63,724 bases of DNA, filler included, from Planctomycetota bacterium (GCA_026991575.1; 10 parts of 10 records of this genome joined end to end with filler, not necessarily neighbours in it), one strand, 5' to 3'; counted from the whole stretch's first letter, positions 40,091-50,407 are shown. Notes: a model not told the origin generated them from the sequence alone. Made by a program: numbers and translations.

Positions 40091-40521
40091 GTGGCGCCGC
40101 CTCCGCCGGAAATCCGTGCGCTGCCTAGCCGGCAAAGCATCGGGACGATAGGGCTGGTGACAACCGAGACCATCTGCGAATTGACTGCACGGCGAACGGA
40201 GCAGGTCCGTTACTACGTATCCAGCGCCGAGCCGGTTGCCGAGCTCCATGCGAAGGCGTTCCGAAAGCATCGGTCGATCGAGAACCAGCCACTCTGGGTT
40301 TGGACGTCTCGTTTCGGGAGAACCAGACGCGCATTCGGCATCTCGTATCAGCACAGAATACGGCGTTCGTACAACGCCTAGCCCTGTCTCTAGTCAGAGG
40401 TGTCCTTGGTCCGGAGGAAAGCATTGACTCGGTCCGCATCCGACTCGCATCCCACCCGGGCGACCTGCTAGAACTGCTCTGTACCGGTTCCTTGCCAGCG
40501 ATTTGAAGTGCGTCAGCCGTG
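40091..40521 (+). mobile_element. ISAs1-family (H-repeat) transposase 3' remnant, frameshifted
   Basis: VRYYVSS...RKHRSIENQ.LWV / DVSFRENQTRIR...AQNTAFVQRLALSL; IR-like end TGCGTCAGCCGTG. Confidence 0.82.
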
Positions 40522-40580
40522 CTGGGGCGACATGGTGGGAGAAAGGGGGGGCACAGCGGGCGCTATTCAATCCACCTCCC

Positions 40581-41073
40581 ATGGGGGCAGGTAGGCCCGG
40601 CTAGCGGGGGCCCGCTCCCTCGGAACCGTACGTGCGGTTCCTCGCACACTGCTTCCCGATCGGTGGTCTTACGTCAAAGAGGGCCGAGTGACCTCCTCTA
40701 TGCGGGCTGCCTCTAGACACAACAATCCACACCAGGCCGAGACGTCACCGGCCCGTACCCCGTCACCAGGGCCGCCGATAGACAACCTCCAGGCTCGCCG
40801 CCTCCGCCAGAGCCTCCCTTCAACCTTGCCATCCTCTCTGGCCCTCTGCGGGCACTTACGGTGGCGCTCGTCTGCCGCTGCACCTTCAGCTCGTCCCCGC
40901 CTTGCTCAGTCCCTTCGCTACGTGCGCATTGCCCGCTTCCGGGCGTGCTTGTGACCGTCTCACTCCTGATGGTCCGCGTCTCCAGTCGGTTGGGTGCTCT
41001 GGCTCGCTCCGGTCTGGCGAGCACCCAGCAGATCGCCCTCCGCAGCGTCGGTACGGCGGCTTCGCGCTCGCAC
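40581..41073 (-). mobile_element. ORF-less, internally deleted or degenerate group II intron (IIB-like)
   Basis: 5' GTGCGAGCGCGAAG at 41073; domain V-like GAAGCAGTGTGCG-AGGAAC-CGCACGTACGGTTC (40655-40623); domain VI-like stem ending CCCCAT at 40581. Confidence 0.72.
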
Positions 41074-41261
41074 CGAAACCGCAGCGAGACCTCCTTGTAC
41101 TCGCCAACGCCCCAAGCGAATCGCAGCCCCCGGACCGGGGTGGGCCGATCCCGCCCGTGGCCCGGGTGGTCCGATTCCCTTGGGCAGGCGCTGTGCACAG
41201 AGACTGCGCTGTCGTCCTGGAGGGAGCGCCATGCCACCTCGCCGACGCCGCCGACAACGTC

Positions 41262-41470
41262 CGCGGGGTCGGGGGGTTTTTTTTCAAATGGGGAGAAAAA
41301 AACAAAACTCGTGCCGTCCGCGCCAGCCATCAACAGAGCGGGAGGTGGGCCTATAGCCCCCCTCACGCCTATCAACGCAAGCTGTCGGATTGATTCGCCC
41401 ATCCTCTCGGCGGGGTTGCTGCCCCCCACGCCCTTTCACGAGAACGCAGTTACCTTCGGCTACAGGGTCC
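41262..41470 (+). repeat. Rhs-associated structured repeat, copy 2 (direct repeat of copy 1)
   Basis: Colinear with 35118-35321 including the A-rich tract, CCATCAACA, a hairpin at 41338-41368 and GCAGTTACC. Confidence 0.75.
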
Positions 41471-41529
41471 AGGCCAAACCCTGGCAAGCACTTCTACCTC
41501 GCTGAACGGGCTGCCTCCGACACGCACTT

Positions 41530-41573
41530 AGGGGGGCATGATGCCTCCCCTGCCCGTTTGAAGCAGGCTGCCC
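41530..41573 (+). repeat. Short extra copy of the hairpin module
   Basis: AGGGGGGCATGATGCCTCCCCT...TTGAAGCAGGCTGCC matches 56806-56850. Confidence 0.6.
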
Positions 41574-41877
41574 GATGAGTCCGGCACCTGCTTCGCACGC
41601 CACCAACACCGCGCCAGACATCAACTCAACCGGTCACACGGTACCACGCCACGCCACTGCTTCGGACACCTGGTATCCTGCAATAGCTGAAACTCACGCA
41701 TCGCGCGTCGTTGACTTGCAACGGCTCGGGAACAGGGATACGCTCATTGGCTGGCTGTTCGCCGAAACCCCCTGCCGGTTGCCCGACGCGCGCTGCTGAA
41801 GGCAGTAGGCATTCCACGGTCGTGATCGCAACGTTCGTACTGACACACGGTCTGCCAAGTGCGATGGGAGACAAGCG

Positions 41878-43093
41878 ATGGTACACCCCCAGCTGTGGAC
41901 CAGCATGACTGCCTGCCGGTTGCGACCGCTGGATCCCCTTCGCCCCTCGGACACAGCTCGCACGGTGAGCGCGGTCCTCTGGACTGCGCTGGCAGCTGCC
42001 ATACTCAGCGGTTGGCCGATCACAGCCCGCGCTGACCGTCCCAATGTGGTGATCATTTTCGTGGACGACCTGGGCTACGGCGAACTGGGCTGCCAGGGCA
42101 ACAATGAGATCCCGACGCCACATATTGACTCAATCGCCCGAGCTGGGGTTCGGTTCACGGATGGCTACGTTGTCGCGCCGTACTGCAGCCCGTCCCGAGC
42201 CGGGCTCATGACGGGACGCTACCCGAATCGGTTCGGTTACGAGTACAACCCGATTGGAGCGGCCAACGAAGAGCCCACGGTGGGGTTGCCCGCAACGGAG
42301 CTTACGCTAGCGGAGTATTTGCGGGACGCGGGCTACGTCTGCGCGCTGGTTGGCAAGTGGCACCTTGGAAGCCATCCCCGCTACCACCCGCTGAGACGAG
42401 GCTTCGATGAGTTCTTCGGGTTCTTGCATGAAGGACACTTCTACGTGCCCCCGCCCTACCACGGCGTGGTCACCATGCTGCGTCGTCGAACGCTGCCCAA
42501 CGGTTCACACGGTCGATGGATTCGAAGCGATGGGCGTCTGATCTACTCAACACACATGGGATACAACGAGCCCCCCTATGACGCCAACAACCCGATTCTT
42601 CGTGGGGGGCAACCGATCGTCGAGCCACGCTACCTGACCGACGCCTTCACGCAAGAGGCGGTCGACTTTATCAGACGGCACAAGGATCAGCCGTTCTTCC
42701 TGTACCTGGCATACAACGCGGTGCACAGCCCGCTTCAGGCGCAGGAGCGCTATGTCCGGCGGTTCAGTCACATCGAGGACATTCACCGGCGGATCTTTGC
42801 GGCGATGCTCAGCAACCTCGACGACGGCATCGGCATGGTGTTGGACACGCTGCGTCAGGAGGGGCTGGAACGTAAGACACTGGTGTTTTTTCTCAGTGAC
42901 AACGGCGGACCGACGCGTGAGCTGACCTCCAGCAACCGGCCGTTGCGCGGCGGCAAAGGGGAGCTGTATGAGGGCGGCATCCGGGTTCCGATGCTCGCCC
43001 AGTGGCCCGGGGTCATCCCGGCCGGCAGCGTGTACCGCAACCCGGTGATCTCGCTCGATGTGTTTGCCACTGTCGCAGCAGCGGTTGGCCGTC
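41878..43093 (+). CDS. Arylsulfatase (Cys-type), 3'-truncated; start uncertain
   Basis: PNVVIIFVDDLGYG, CSPSRAGLMTGR, GKWHLG, SDNGG. Confidence 0.95.
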
Positions 43094-43193
43094 NNNNNNN
43101 NNNNNNNNNNNNNNNNNNNNNNNNNNNNNNNNNNNNNTTAATTAATTAANNNNNNNNNNNNNNNNNNNNNNNNNNNNNNNNNNNNNNNNNNNN
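43094..43193. other. Artificial contig linker
   Basis: N44-TTAATTAATTAA-N44. Confidence 0.99.
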
Positions 43194-43468
43194 ATCCGGA
43201 CAGAGCGCTCTACCGCTCGGTCGGCGCTGGCCGTGTCCCACTGCGGCGGCTCCTGACGCCACGGGTGATCCGATACTACTGGCGGCTGTATCGGCGCTGG
43301 GGCATGCCGCGCAAGCCGCGGGATGACCCGTGGCAGCTCGGCGGTGATCTCTGGGTTGACCGCCGGGGCCACGTGCTCTGGGTCCACCTTAGCCGGGACC
43401 CGACCGATCGGCCATCGCCCCAGCAGCTACTCGGCATCCTTGATCGCGAGTGCGGCCCGTGGGAGTGA
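43194..43468 (+). CDS. Peroxiredoxin-like (AhpC-TSA_2/SelL-related) redox protein, C-terminal part
   Basis: PDRALYR..G...DPWQLGGD..VD..G....H.SRDP.DRP. Confidence 0.75.
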
Positions 43469-43663
43469 GGCTGATTTCGTGCCGGGCGGTTGCTGCGAAC
43501 TTGCCACGATCGACAGCACTGCGGTGAGCAGCCTACCGACGCTGTCGCTTGCCCGCAGACCGGCCAACAGGGGGGCGCGTTCAGTGGGGTGGCAGCGTCT
43601 ACGTTGTCGGTCCCGTCTCCCACCCGGTGGGGGTACGAACGGCGCGGTTCCTGGCTGAGCCCG

Positions 43664-43698
43664 AAAAAAACAGGACCGCGCTTGCAGCGGCGCGGTCC
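43664..43698 (-). terminator. Rho-independent terminator of the DUF1573 gene
   Basis: Minus strand GGACCGCGC-8 nt-GCGCGGTCC then TGTTTTTTT. Confidence 0.8.
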
Positions 43699-43724
43699 CG
43701 GAGGCTGCGGAAGAGATTGCCCGG

Positions 43725-44768
43725 CTACGGCTCGACGCGAGCCCGCATCACGGCTGTCAGCGGCGTGACTTCGTCCCTGTCCGTCACGACCACCACCGTT
43801 GCCTCGCGCTCGCCGGCGGTAGTGGGCTCGAACCGGAGTTTCAGCAGATGGAGTCGTGCTTCCTTGCCCTGGGCGAACGTGACCGTCACGTCCGGCGCAT
43901 CCACCTTTACCTCCTTGATGACAAACGCCTTGTTCCCTCGCACGACCAGCGTCCTGTGCACCACTTCCCCTACCTTGACGTTGCCCAGCGAAAGCGTCGT
44001 CGGCGTCAGCAGGATCGGCGGCTGTACACTGCCCTCGATCGGAATCGCCAACTCTGGGCTAGCGGGATCATTGGTGCGAATCAGCAGCTCTTCGCGGATG
44101 ATCCCGACCGGGGCATCGGGCTTCAGAGCCACGGTGATGCGGTAGCCGACCCGTCGGGAACGGCGGTATAGCTCCTCGGCTTCCACCGTGAAGTAGCGCG
44201 CGTCCCACTCGATGGCGTGGATGCGCCAATCCAGACCACCAGCGTACTCGATCTCAACGCTGCGGTTCGGTGTCTGGCCCTGGACAACGGGCCCGAACGC
44301 GATGATGCCTGGATTGGCCACCACGTCTTGCCGGATGTACGCGCTCATGCGCAACCGTACCCTGGAGTAAGACGGCCGGTCGAAGATCACGGTTACCGAG
44401 GTTGTCTTGTGCTGGCCGGCGAATTTCTTCGTGTCCAGCGCCAACTCGATCGCAACCTGCTCACCCGGCTCGAGCACGATCCTTTCTGCCTCTGGCAGCA
44501 TGATCCGCTGATTGGGATAGCTGGGCCGGACGACCCGCCCGCCTACCTTGACTTCCGTGCAGCCGCAGGCGACCACGAAACCGGCAATCCGTACCGGCTC
44601 ACCGTAGATGTTCCTGGCCAGGAACGCGTGGCGGGCGTCCGTACCACCGGCCACCGTGCCGAAGTCGTAGGATCGCTCCTCGAAAAGCCGTTCGGCCCAT
44701 TCGGCACGAACCACGCCGGGTCCGCCGGCCACGATCACCAGCGCTACCACCGACCAGATTCGTCGCAT
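43725..44768 (-). CDS. Secreted DUF1573 (Ig-like repeat) protein
   Basis: Signal peptide; YDFGTVA, F..RN, ACGCT, LEPGE motifs. Confidence 0.88.
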   Translation of the reverse strand: MRRIWSVVALVIVAGGPGVVRAEWAERLFEERSYDFGTVAGGTDARHAFLARNIYGEPVRIAGFVVACGCTEVKVGGRVVRPSYPNQRIMLPEAERIVLEPGEQVAIELALDTKKFAGQHKTTSVTVIFDRPSYSRVRLRMSAYIRQDVVANPGIIAFGPVVQGQTPNRSVEIEYAGGLDWRIHAIEWDARYFTVEAEELYRRSRRVGYRITVALKPDAPVGIIREELLIRTNDPASPELAIPIEGSVQPPILLTPTTLSLGNVKVGEVVHRTLVVRGNKAFVIKEVKVDAPDVTVTFAQGKEARLHLLKLRFEPTTAGEREATVVVVTDRDEVTPLTAVMRARVEP

Positions 44769-45188
44769 CGTTCGGTTCCTCACTGCTGCTCACGTTGCAA
44801 GCTGCTTTTTGCCGCCGTGTGCACAGCCGATATCGACCGGCGTTGATCCGTTTCCTTGCTGATTCCTCGCTGCTGGCGTGCCCGCCGCACCGAACACGCT
44901 GATCGACCACGTCGCGAAAGACACGGCGTGCTGGCAAGGTGGGTAAGCTCTGTCGCGTCTGCCGGCACCGCCGCGCGATACCGCCGCAGCGGGGCGTCTC
45001 ACAGCGCTGCGCAGCTTGCACCACTGTGTGCAGCCGCGTTGCAAGGCCTGCCTGGCGCCGGCCACCGATCCCAGAAGCGGGCGTTTGTCTTCGTCCGAGG
45101 TGATCTCGGATAATTGCTGTCGTTCTCAACGCAGAACCCGGCAGCCTTCAGGTGGCTGCCATAGGGGCATAGTTGGGAGTAGCAGCGC

Positions 45189-45641
45189 ATGAGTCTTTCT
45201 GCGCGGGCGCAGTACGCCTGCATCGCCCTGCTGGAGCTAGCCAGACATTACGCGGATCGGCCTCACACACCGCTGACGGTTCAGGCCATCTGTCGTCGTC
45301 ATCGCGTCTCGCATCCGTTCCTGCGTCAAATCCTGAATCGACTGCGTGCCAGCGGTCTGGTCACCAGCGCACGCGGCGCGGGCGGCGGCTACGCGCTGGC
45401 GGTGCCGCCGGAACAGATTTCGCTCAAGGACGTGCTCGATGCCCTGGGCGAATCCTGGGAGCTGGCCCCGGACGAGCCCGATCCGGAGCAGAACCCAGCA
45501 CGTACCGTGCTGGCCCGCGTCTGGCGCGATGTGAACCGAACACTGGCCGACAAGCTTAGCAACATCTGCTTTGCAGAGCTCGCGGATCGGTACCGGCGGG
45601 AGCTAGAGCAGACCGTGGGGGAACCGGATTGGGTCATCTGA
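45189..45641 (+). CDS. Rrf2 family transcriptional regulator (CymR-like)
   Basis: LSARAQYA..ALLELA, FL.QIL..L...GLV.S.RGAGGGY.L; no Fe-S Cys triad. Confidence 0.93.
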   Translation: MSLSARAQYACIALLELARHYADRPHTPLTVQAICRRHRVSHPFLRQILNRLRASGLVTSARGAGGGYALAVPPEQISLKDVLDALGESWELAPDEPDPEQNPARTVLARVWRDVNRTLADKLSNICFAELADRYRRELEQTVGEPDWVI

Positions 45642-46351
45642 ATTGGTGGCCGGGCTCTGTACCACTGGTCCTCTACGAAGACAACCACTGCCTGGCGCTG
45701 GTCAAGCCGGCGGGTATGCCCACGGTGGCCGATGCCTCTGGCGACCCCAGCGCGACGGCCTGGGCCAGGGGCTACATCAAGCAAAAGTACGCCAAACCGG
45801 GAAACGTCTATCTTGGCGTGGTGCACCGTCTGGACCGTCCCGTTTCCGGCGCGCTGCTCTTTGCACGTACGTCGAAGGCCGCGGCCCGGCTAACCGACCA
45901 GTTTCGCCGCGGCGTCGTATCCAAGCGGTACTGGGCCGTGGTCGAAGGACGCCCGGCCTGGCGTGACCGCGTGCTTGAGCATTATCTCTGGAAAGACCGC
46001 CGGCGTAACGTCGTGACAGTGGTCTCGGCGGACCACCCCGAGGCCAAGTGGTGTCGGCTCCGTGTGCGCGTGCTGGCCACTCGCGCAGCCTGGTCGCTGT
46101 TGGAGGTGGTGCCGGAGACGGGCAGAAGTCACCAGATCCGCGTGCAGCTGGCCCACATGGCACTGCCGATCGTGGGCGACGTCAAGTACGGCGCGCGCAG
46201 CCGCCTTCCGACTGGCATCGCCCTGCATGCCATGGCGCTGACGTTCTTGCACCCGACGCGGAAAGAGCCGCAGACGATCGAAGCACCGCTGCCGACAAGC
46301 TGGCGGCGGTTCGAGCCACTGCTGGAAGCTGCGATCGGTGCGGATCCTTAG
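45629..46351 (+). CDS. RluA family pseudouridine synthase
   Basis: LYEDNH....KPAG, VHRLDRPVSG, TGRSHQIRVQ, PIVGDVKYG; start uncertain. Confidence 0.94.
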   Translation: MGHLNWWPGSVPLVLYEDNHCLALVKPAGMPTVADASGDPSATAWARGYIKQKYAKPGNVYLGVVHRLDRPVSGALLFARTSKAAARLTDQFRRGVVSKRYWAVVEGRPAWRDRVLEHYLWKDRRRNVVTVVSADHPEAKWCRLRVRVLATRAAWSLLEVVPETGRSHQIRVQLAHMALPIVGDVKYGARSRLPTGIALHAMALTFLHPTRKEPQTIEAPLPTSWRRFEPLLEAAIGADP

Positions 46352-46364
46352 CAGGCAAGTGGCC

Positions 46365-47759
46365 TTAGTAAGCGTTCTTGTGCCGCATGCCGCGGAAGAG
46401 CGTCATGATCATGATCTGAAGGTCCAGCCACACAGACCAGTGGGTGATGTAGTACAGGTCGTATTGGACACGCTTGCGAAGCGATGTATTGCCGCGCCAG
46501 CCGTTGACCTGGGCCCACCCGGTGATGCCTGCCTTGACCGTATGCCGGAGCATGTAGTTGGGGATCGTGTCCTTGAAGCGTTCGATCAGCACGGGCCGCT
46601 CGGGCCGTGGTCCGACGATGCTCATGTCGCCCTTCAGCACGTTGAATAGCTGGGGCAGTTCGTCCAGGCTGGTGCGCCGCAGGAAGCGGCCGATCGGCGT
46701 CACTCGCGGGTCGTTAGGCACGGCCCAGACAGCTCCGGTGTGCTTCTCGGCGTCAACCACCATGGTCCGGAATTTCAAGATCTGGAACCGCTTGCCGCCA
46801 ACACTGGCCCGCTCCTGGCGATACAGTACCGGGCCTTTGCTGGTCAGCTTGATGGCCAGCGCGATGGCCAGCATCAGCGGCGACAGCAGCACCACCGCCG
46901 TGCTGGCCACGACGATGTCGATGGCCCGTTTGATGAGCAGGTTGAGGCCTTCGTGCGGATTGGCACGCAGGCTGATGATCGGAAGCCCGTCCAGTTCGGA
47001 CACCGTCAGCGTGCGAATAGGCAGGTGGGGAACATCGGGCACCAGCCGCAGATCGACGCAGCAGTCGTTCAGCTGGCGGACGACGCGACGCAGGGTGGCA
47101 TACTTTTCCAACGGCAGGGCGACGAACACGTAACTTGCCCCGGTCCGCTCCACGATCTCGGCCAGAGAGGCGATCGGGCCCAGGACGGGAGTACCATGGA
47201 TCGTCCGTTGCGGCCGGTCGTCGACGAACCCTAGGACGCGGAGGCCAGTCCAGGCGTTCCGCTCCAGCGTGCGCGCGAGCCGCTGGGCGGTACGGCCGCT
47301 GCCGACGATGATGGCGCCGGTGGGGTTGAATCCGATGCGCCGCATCCGGTGGATCACTGCCCAGGCGGCTCGACGCGCGGCCATCAGGGTCAGGGCATTA
47401 GCGGTGACGAAAATTCCCAGCGCCAGACGCGACTCGTAGGGGTCGCGTTTGTAGAAGGTCAGCGTCACAAGCAGCAGGAACAGCAACGCGTTGCCTTTCA
47501 GCAGGCTGCCCAGCTCGGCGCCCGCGGTCCGAAGCCGGTGCAAGTCGTAGAGGCCGCTGACGTAGAAGGCCACGGCCGCAAGCAGCAGGATGCTCGGCAG
47601 CGCACGCACGCAGAGCTCAAAAGGGGGGATCCCTAGCGGCGCGTCGACCAATCCGGAAAAGAACCGTAGCGTATACGCGCCGATCCACCAACAGGCGGTG
47701 ACGCCCAGGTCAAGTGCAAGGAAGCACAAGGCCAGTTTCTGACCCTGCCCTCGGAACAT
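46365..47759 (-). CDS. Undecaprenyl-phosphate glucose phosphotransferase (WcaJ-like)
   Basis: KRAIDI, KFRTM, DPRVT, RRTSLDELPQ, GDMSIVGPRPE, GITGWAQV. Confidence 0.95.
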   Translation of the reverse strand: MFRGQGQKLALCFLALDLGVTACWWIGAYTLRFFSGLVDAPLGIPPFELCVRALPSILLLAAVAFYVSGLYDLHRLRTAGAELGSLLKGNALLFLLLVTLTFYKRDPYESRLALGIFVTANALTLMAARRAAWAVIHRMRRIGFNPTGAIIVGSGRTAQRLARTLERNAWTGLRVLGFVDDRPQRTIHGTPVLGPIASLAEIVERTGASYVFVALPLEKYATLRRVVRQLNDCCVDLRLVPDVPHLPIRTLTVSELDGLPIISLRANPHEGLNLLIKRAIDIVVASTAVVLLSPLMLAIALAIKLTSKGPVLYRQERASVGGKRFQILKFRTMVVDAEKHTGAVWAVPNDPRVTPIGRFLRRTSLDELPQLFNVLKGDMSIVGPRPERPVLIERFKDTIPNYMLRHTVKAGITGWAQVNGWRGNTSLRKRVQYDLYYITHWSVWLDLQIMIMTLFRGMRHKNAY

Positions 47760-47923
47760 GGCACTCCTTGGTCCCGGCTGCAGACTTGGTCCTGATGTCG
47801 CCTCTGACTACCGGTTCGGCAGCTCGTTGTCAAGGGCGGCTGGCGCACAGGCCGGCCGCTAGTTCTGACTTCGGCAACCGCGCCGGGCAAAGTTGCAGCG
47901 AAAATGGCCGATCGTCGAAATGG

Positions 47924-49207
47924 CTACTGCAGTAGCTGTTTGAGCTGGGGCCAGACGCGGTCGGCAGCCACGTGCCAGGCGATGAGCAGCACGACCAGGA
48001 AGCCGAGCAGGGCCGTGACGTTGACGAGCAGACCGGGGCGGTGCTGCCCGACCACGGACGGCGAGTTGGCAAGCCAGAGCAGGACAAAGGCCATCAGCGG
48101 TGAGGCGATGACCGTGATCGCTTGAGCAGCGACGATGGCGGCGACGGGGGAGGTGTCGGTGTGCAGCACATAGAGCGCAACGAACATGCCGCTAAGCAGG
48201 ACGGCGGCCGTCAGCACCTTGGCCGGCAGGGCGTCCTGGCGGGTTGCCAGTCCGAGGCCGTCGGCCAGCAAGTAGCCGCCGATGAGCGAGTTGACGAGGA
48301 AGGAGGAGTAAGCCGCGGCAAACAGGCCCAGGCAGAAGATGGCCTGGCCGCCGCGTCCAAAGAGCGGCTCGAGCTGGGCGGCAACGTCGGCGACCGTTCG
48401 CAGTTCGTGCCCACGCAGCACCGAGCCCGCGGTGGCCATGATCATGAGCGTGATGACGGCCATGATGATGGCACCAACGCGGGCGTCCCGTAGGCTGTCC
48501 TCCACGTCCTCAAGCGTCCATCCTTTCTGCTTCACCAGGTAAGACTGGTAGTAGGCGGCGGCGACGACGAACGTCGTGCCGACCAGGCCGAGCAACGCCA
48601 GGTCCGGGCGGCGGTCGATGGACGGCACGAACCCTTTGGCCCACGCGATCGGGTCCGGGCGTGCAAACGCCAGGTTCAGCGCGAACGAGACGAGCATGAT
48701 GGCAACCAGGATCATCATCAGGCGTTCGATGGCCCGGTAGAGGTTGCGGAACGAGAACAGGAAGCCGATGGTCAGCGCATTGAACAGCAGCAGGGGGATG
48801 GTCGAGGGCCAGAACGGTTGGATGGCGGAGTGGACGCCGAGGTTGTTGCCGAACTGGAAGGCAGAGGCGATGAAGAAGACCGCAATGCCGATGAGGGCAG
48901 CCAGCCAGCGGCCGGCCCGTTGGGCGACGAGCTCGCCGGTGGTCTGGCTGGTGACCACGCCGAGTCGGGCTGAGATCGTGGTGTAGGCCATCATGAACGC
49001 GACGGCGACGACCACGACCCAGTTCATGGAATAGCCGTAGGTGGCCCCGGTGCGGGAGCTGGTCAGAATGCTGCCTGGGCCGATGACGACGCAGGCGGTG
49101 ATGAGGCCGGGGCCGAGGCGGTGGTACCAGCGTTTCGGTTTGCGCGCAGGTGGGTGGCTGGCGGGGATGGTGCGCTGCTGGGTTGGGCCACGGTCTGGTC
49201 GGTTCAT
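47924..49207 (-). CDS. Nramp-related divalent metal transporter
   Basis: LGPGL.TA.VVIGPGS.LT, AFQFGNN, LVGTT, GLFAAAYSS. Confidence 0.85.
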   Translation of the reverse strand: MNRPDRGPTQQRTIPASHPPARKPKRWYHRLGPGLITACVVIGPGSILTSSRTGATYGYSMNWVVVVAVAFMMAYTTISARLGVVTSQTTGELVAQRAGRWLAALIGIAVFFIASAFQFGNNLGVHSAIQPFWPSTIPLLLFNALTIGFLFSFRNLYRAIERLMMILVAIMLVSFALNLAFARPDPIAWAKGFVPSIDRRPDLALLGLVGTTFVVAAAYYQSYLVKQKGWTLEDVEDSLRDARVGAIIMAVITLMIMATAGSVLRGHELRTVADVAAQLEPLFGRGGQAIFCLGLFAAAYSSFLVNSLIGGYLLADGLGLATRQDALPAKVLTAAVLLSGMFVALYVLHTDTSPVAAIVAAQAITVIASPLMAFVLLWLANSPSVVGQHRPGLLVNVTALLGFLVVLLIAWHVAADRVWPQLKQLLQ

Positions 49208-49210
49208 CGT

Positions 49211-50407
49211 TTACGAGCCGTTGCGGTAGGCCTCGATGAGGATCTGGGCGACTTCGGGTCTAGTGTACTCCGGAGGTGGCATCTCGCCGCGGCGGAGCAT
49301 TTCGCGCACCTTGGTGCCGGAGAGGATCAGGCGGTGTTCGTCTCCGCAGGGGCAGGTCTTGTAGCTGGCCATGCCGGCGCATTTCTTACAGTAGAAGGTG
49401 TGTTCGAAGAAGAGGGGGGTGATTTCGAGTTCGTTGGGGTCGATCTCGTCGAAGATGCGTTGGGCGTCGTAGGAGCCGTAGTACGGGGAGCCGTCGGGTC
49501 GGCGGGCGCCGGCGTGATCTCGGCCGACGATGAAGTGGGTGCAGCCGTAGTTTTTCCGCATGATGGCGTGGAGGATGGCTTCGCGGGGGCCGCCGTACCG
49601 CATGCTGGCGGGCAGGAGGCTGAGGACGGTGCGGTCGGCCGGGTAGTAGTTCTCGAGCATGACCTCGTAGCAGCGGATGCGGACGTCGGCGGGCACGTCG
49701 TCGGCTTTAGTTTGGCCGACGAGCGGGTGGAGCAGGAGGCCGTCGACGATCTCAAGGGCGCATTTGGTCAGGTACTCGTGTGCTCGGTGGATGGGGTTTC
49801 GGGTTTGGAATGCAACGACGCGGCGCCAGCCGCGTTGGGCGAACAGGGCGCGCAGTTCGGCGGGGGTGCGGTACAGTTCCGGGCGGGTGATCCGTTCAGG
49901 TGGTTCGACCAGGTAGATGGGGCCTCCGGCGACGAGGTCGCCTTGGGCGTAGATCTGGGCGACGCCGGGGTGGTTGGGGTCGTCGGTGCCGAATGTTTCG
50001 CGGGCTTCGTGTTTGACGTCGCGCTGGAAGATCTCTTCGACTTGGAGGATCCCTTTTAGGTGGCCGGAGTCGGTGACGAGCGCGATGGTGGCGCCTTCGC
50101 GGAAGTGGGCTCGTTCGTCGGGGGTGGGGCTGAGGGTGATGGGCATGGGCCAGAGGATGCCGTCGGCGAGGCGCATCGAGTTGACGCAGGGGTGGTAGTC
50201 GTCGGAGGTCATGAAGCCGTCCAGTGGGCTGAAGGCGCCGATGGCGAGCATTTCGAGGTCGCAGAGTTCTCGTTGGCTGAGGGTATGTTTGGGCAGGCTT
50301 TGGGCGCGCTGGCGCCATTCGTTTGCTTCTTCGGGGCTGAGCACGCGGTTGATGAGGGTTCCGCCGTGGGGTCGGATGGGGTAGGGTTGGTTGGGTTGTT
50401 GGTTCAC
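49211..50407 (-). CDS. sat: Sulfate adenylyltransferase
   Basis: PHGGTL, GAFSPL.GFM, AFQTRNPIHRAHE, RKNYGCTHFIVGRDHAG, SGTKVR. Confidence 0.97.
   Translation of the reverse strand: MNQQPNQPYPIRPHGGTLINRVLSPEEANEWRQRAQSLPKHTLSQRELCDLEMLAIGAFSPLDGFMTSDDYHPCVNSMRLADGILWPMPITLSPTPDERAHFREGATIALVTDSGHLKGILQVEEIFQRDVKHEARETFGTDDPNHPGVAQIYAQGDLVAGGPIYLVEPPERITRPELYRTPAELRALFAQRGWRRVVAFQTRNPIHRAHEYLTKCALEIVDGLLLHPLVGQTKADDVPADVRIRCYEVMLENYYPADRTVLSLLPASMRYGGPREAILHAIMRKNYGCTHFIVGRDHAGARRPDGSPYYGSYDAQRIFDEIDPNELEITPLFFEHTFYCKKCAGMASYKTCPCGDEHRLILSGTKVREMLRRGEMPPPEYTRPEVAQILIEAYRNGS

Noticed and set aside
43194..43468. Selenoprotein call for the SelL-like fragment
   Set aside because: The N-terminal redox motif is off-contig; no UGA or SECIS visible
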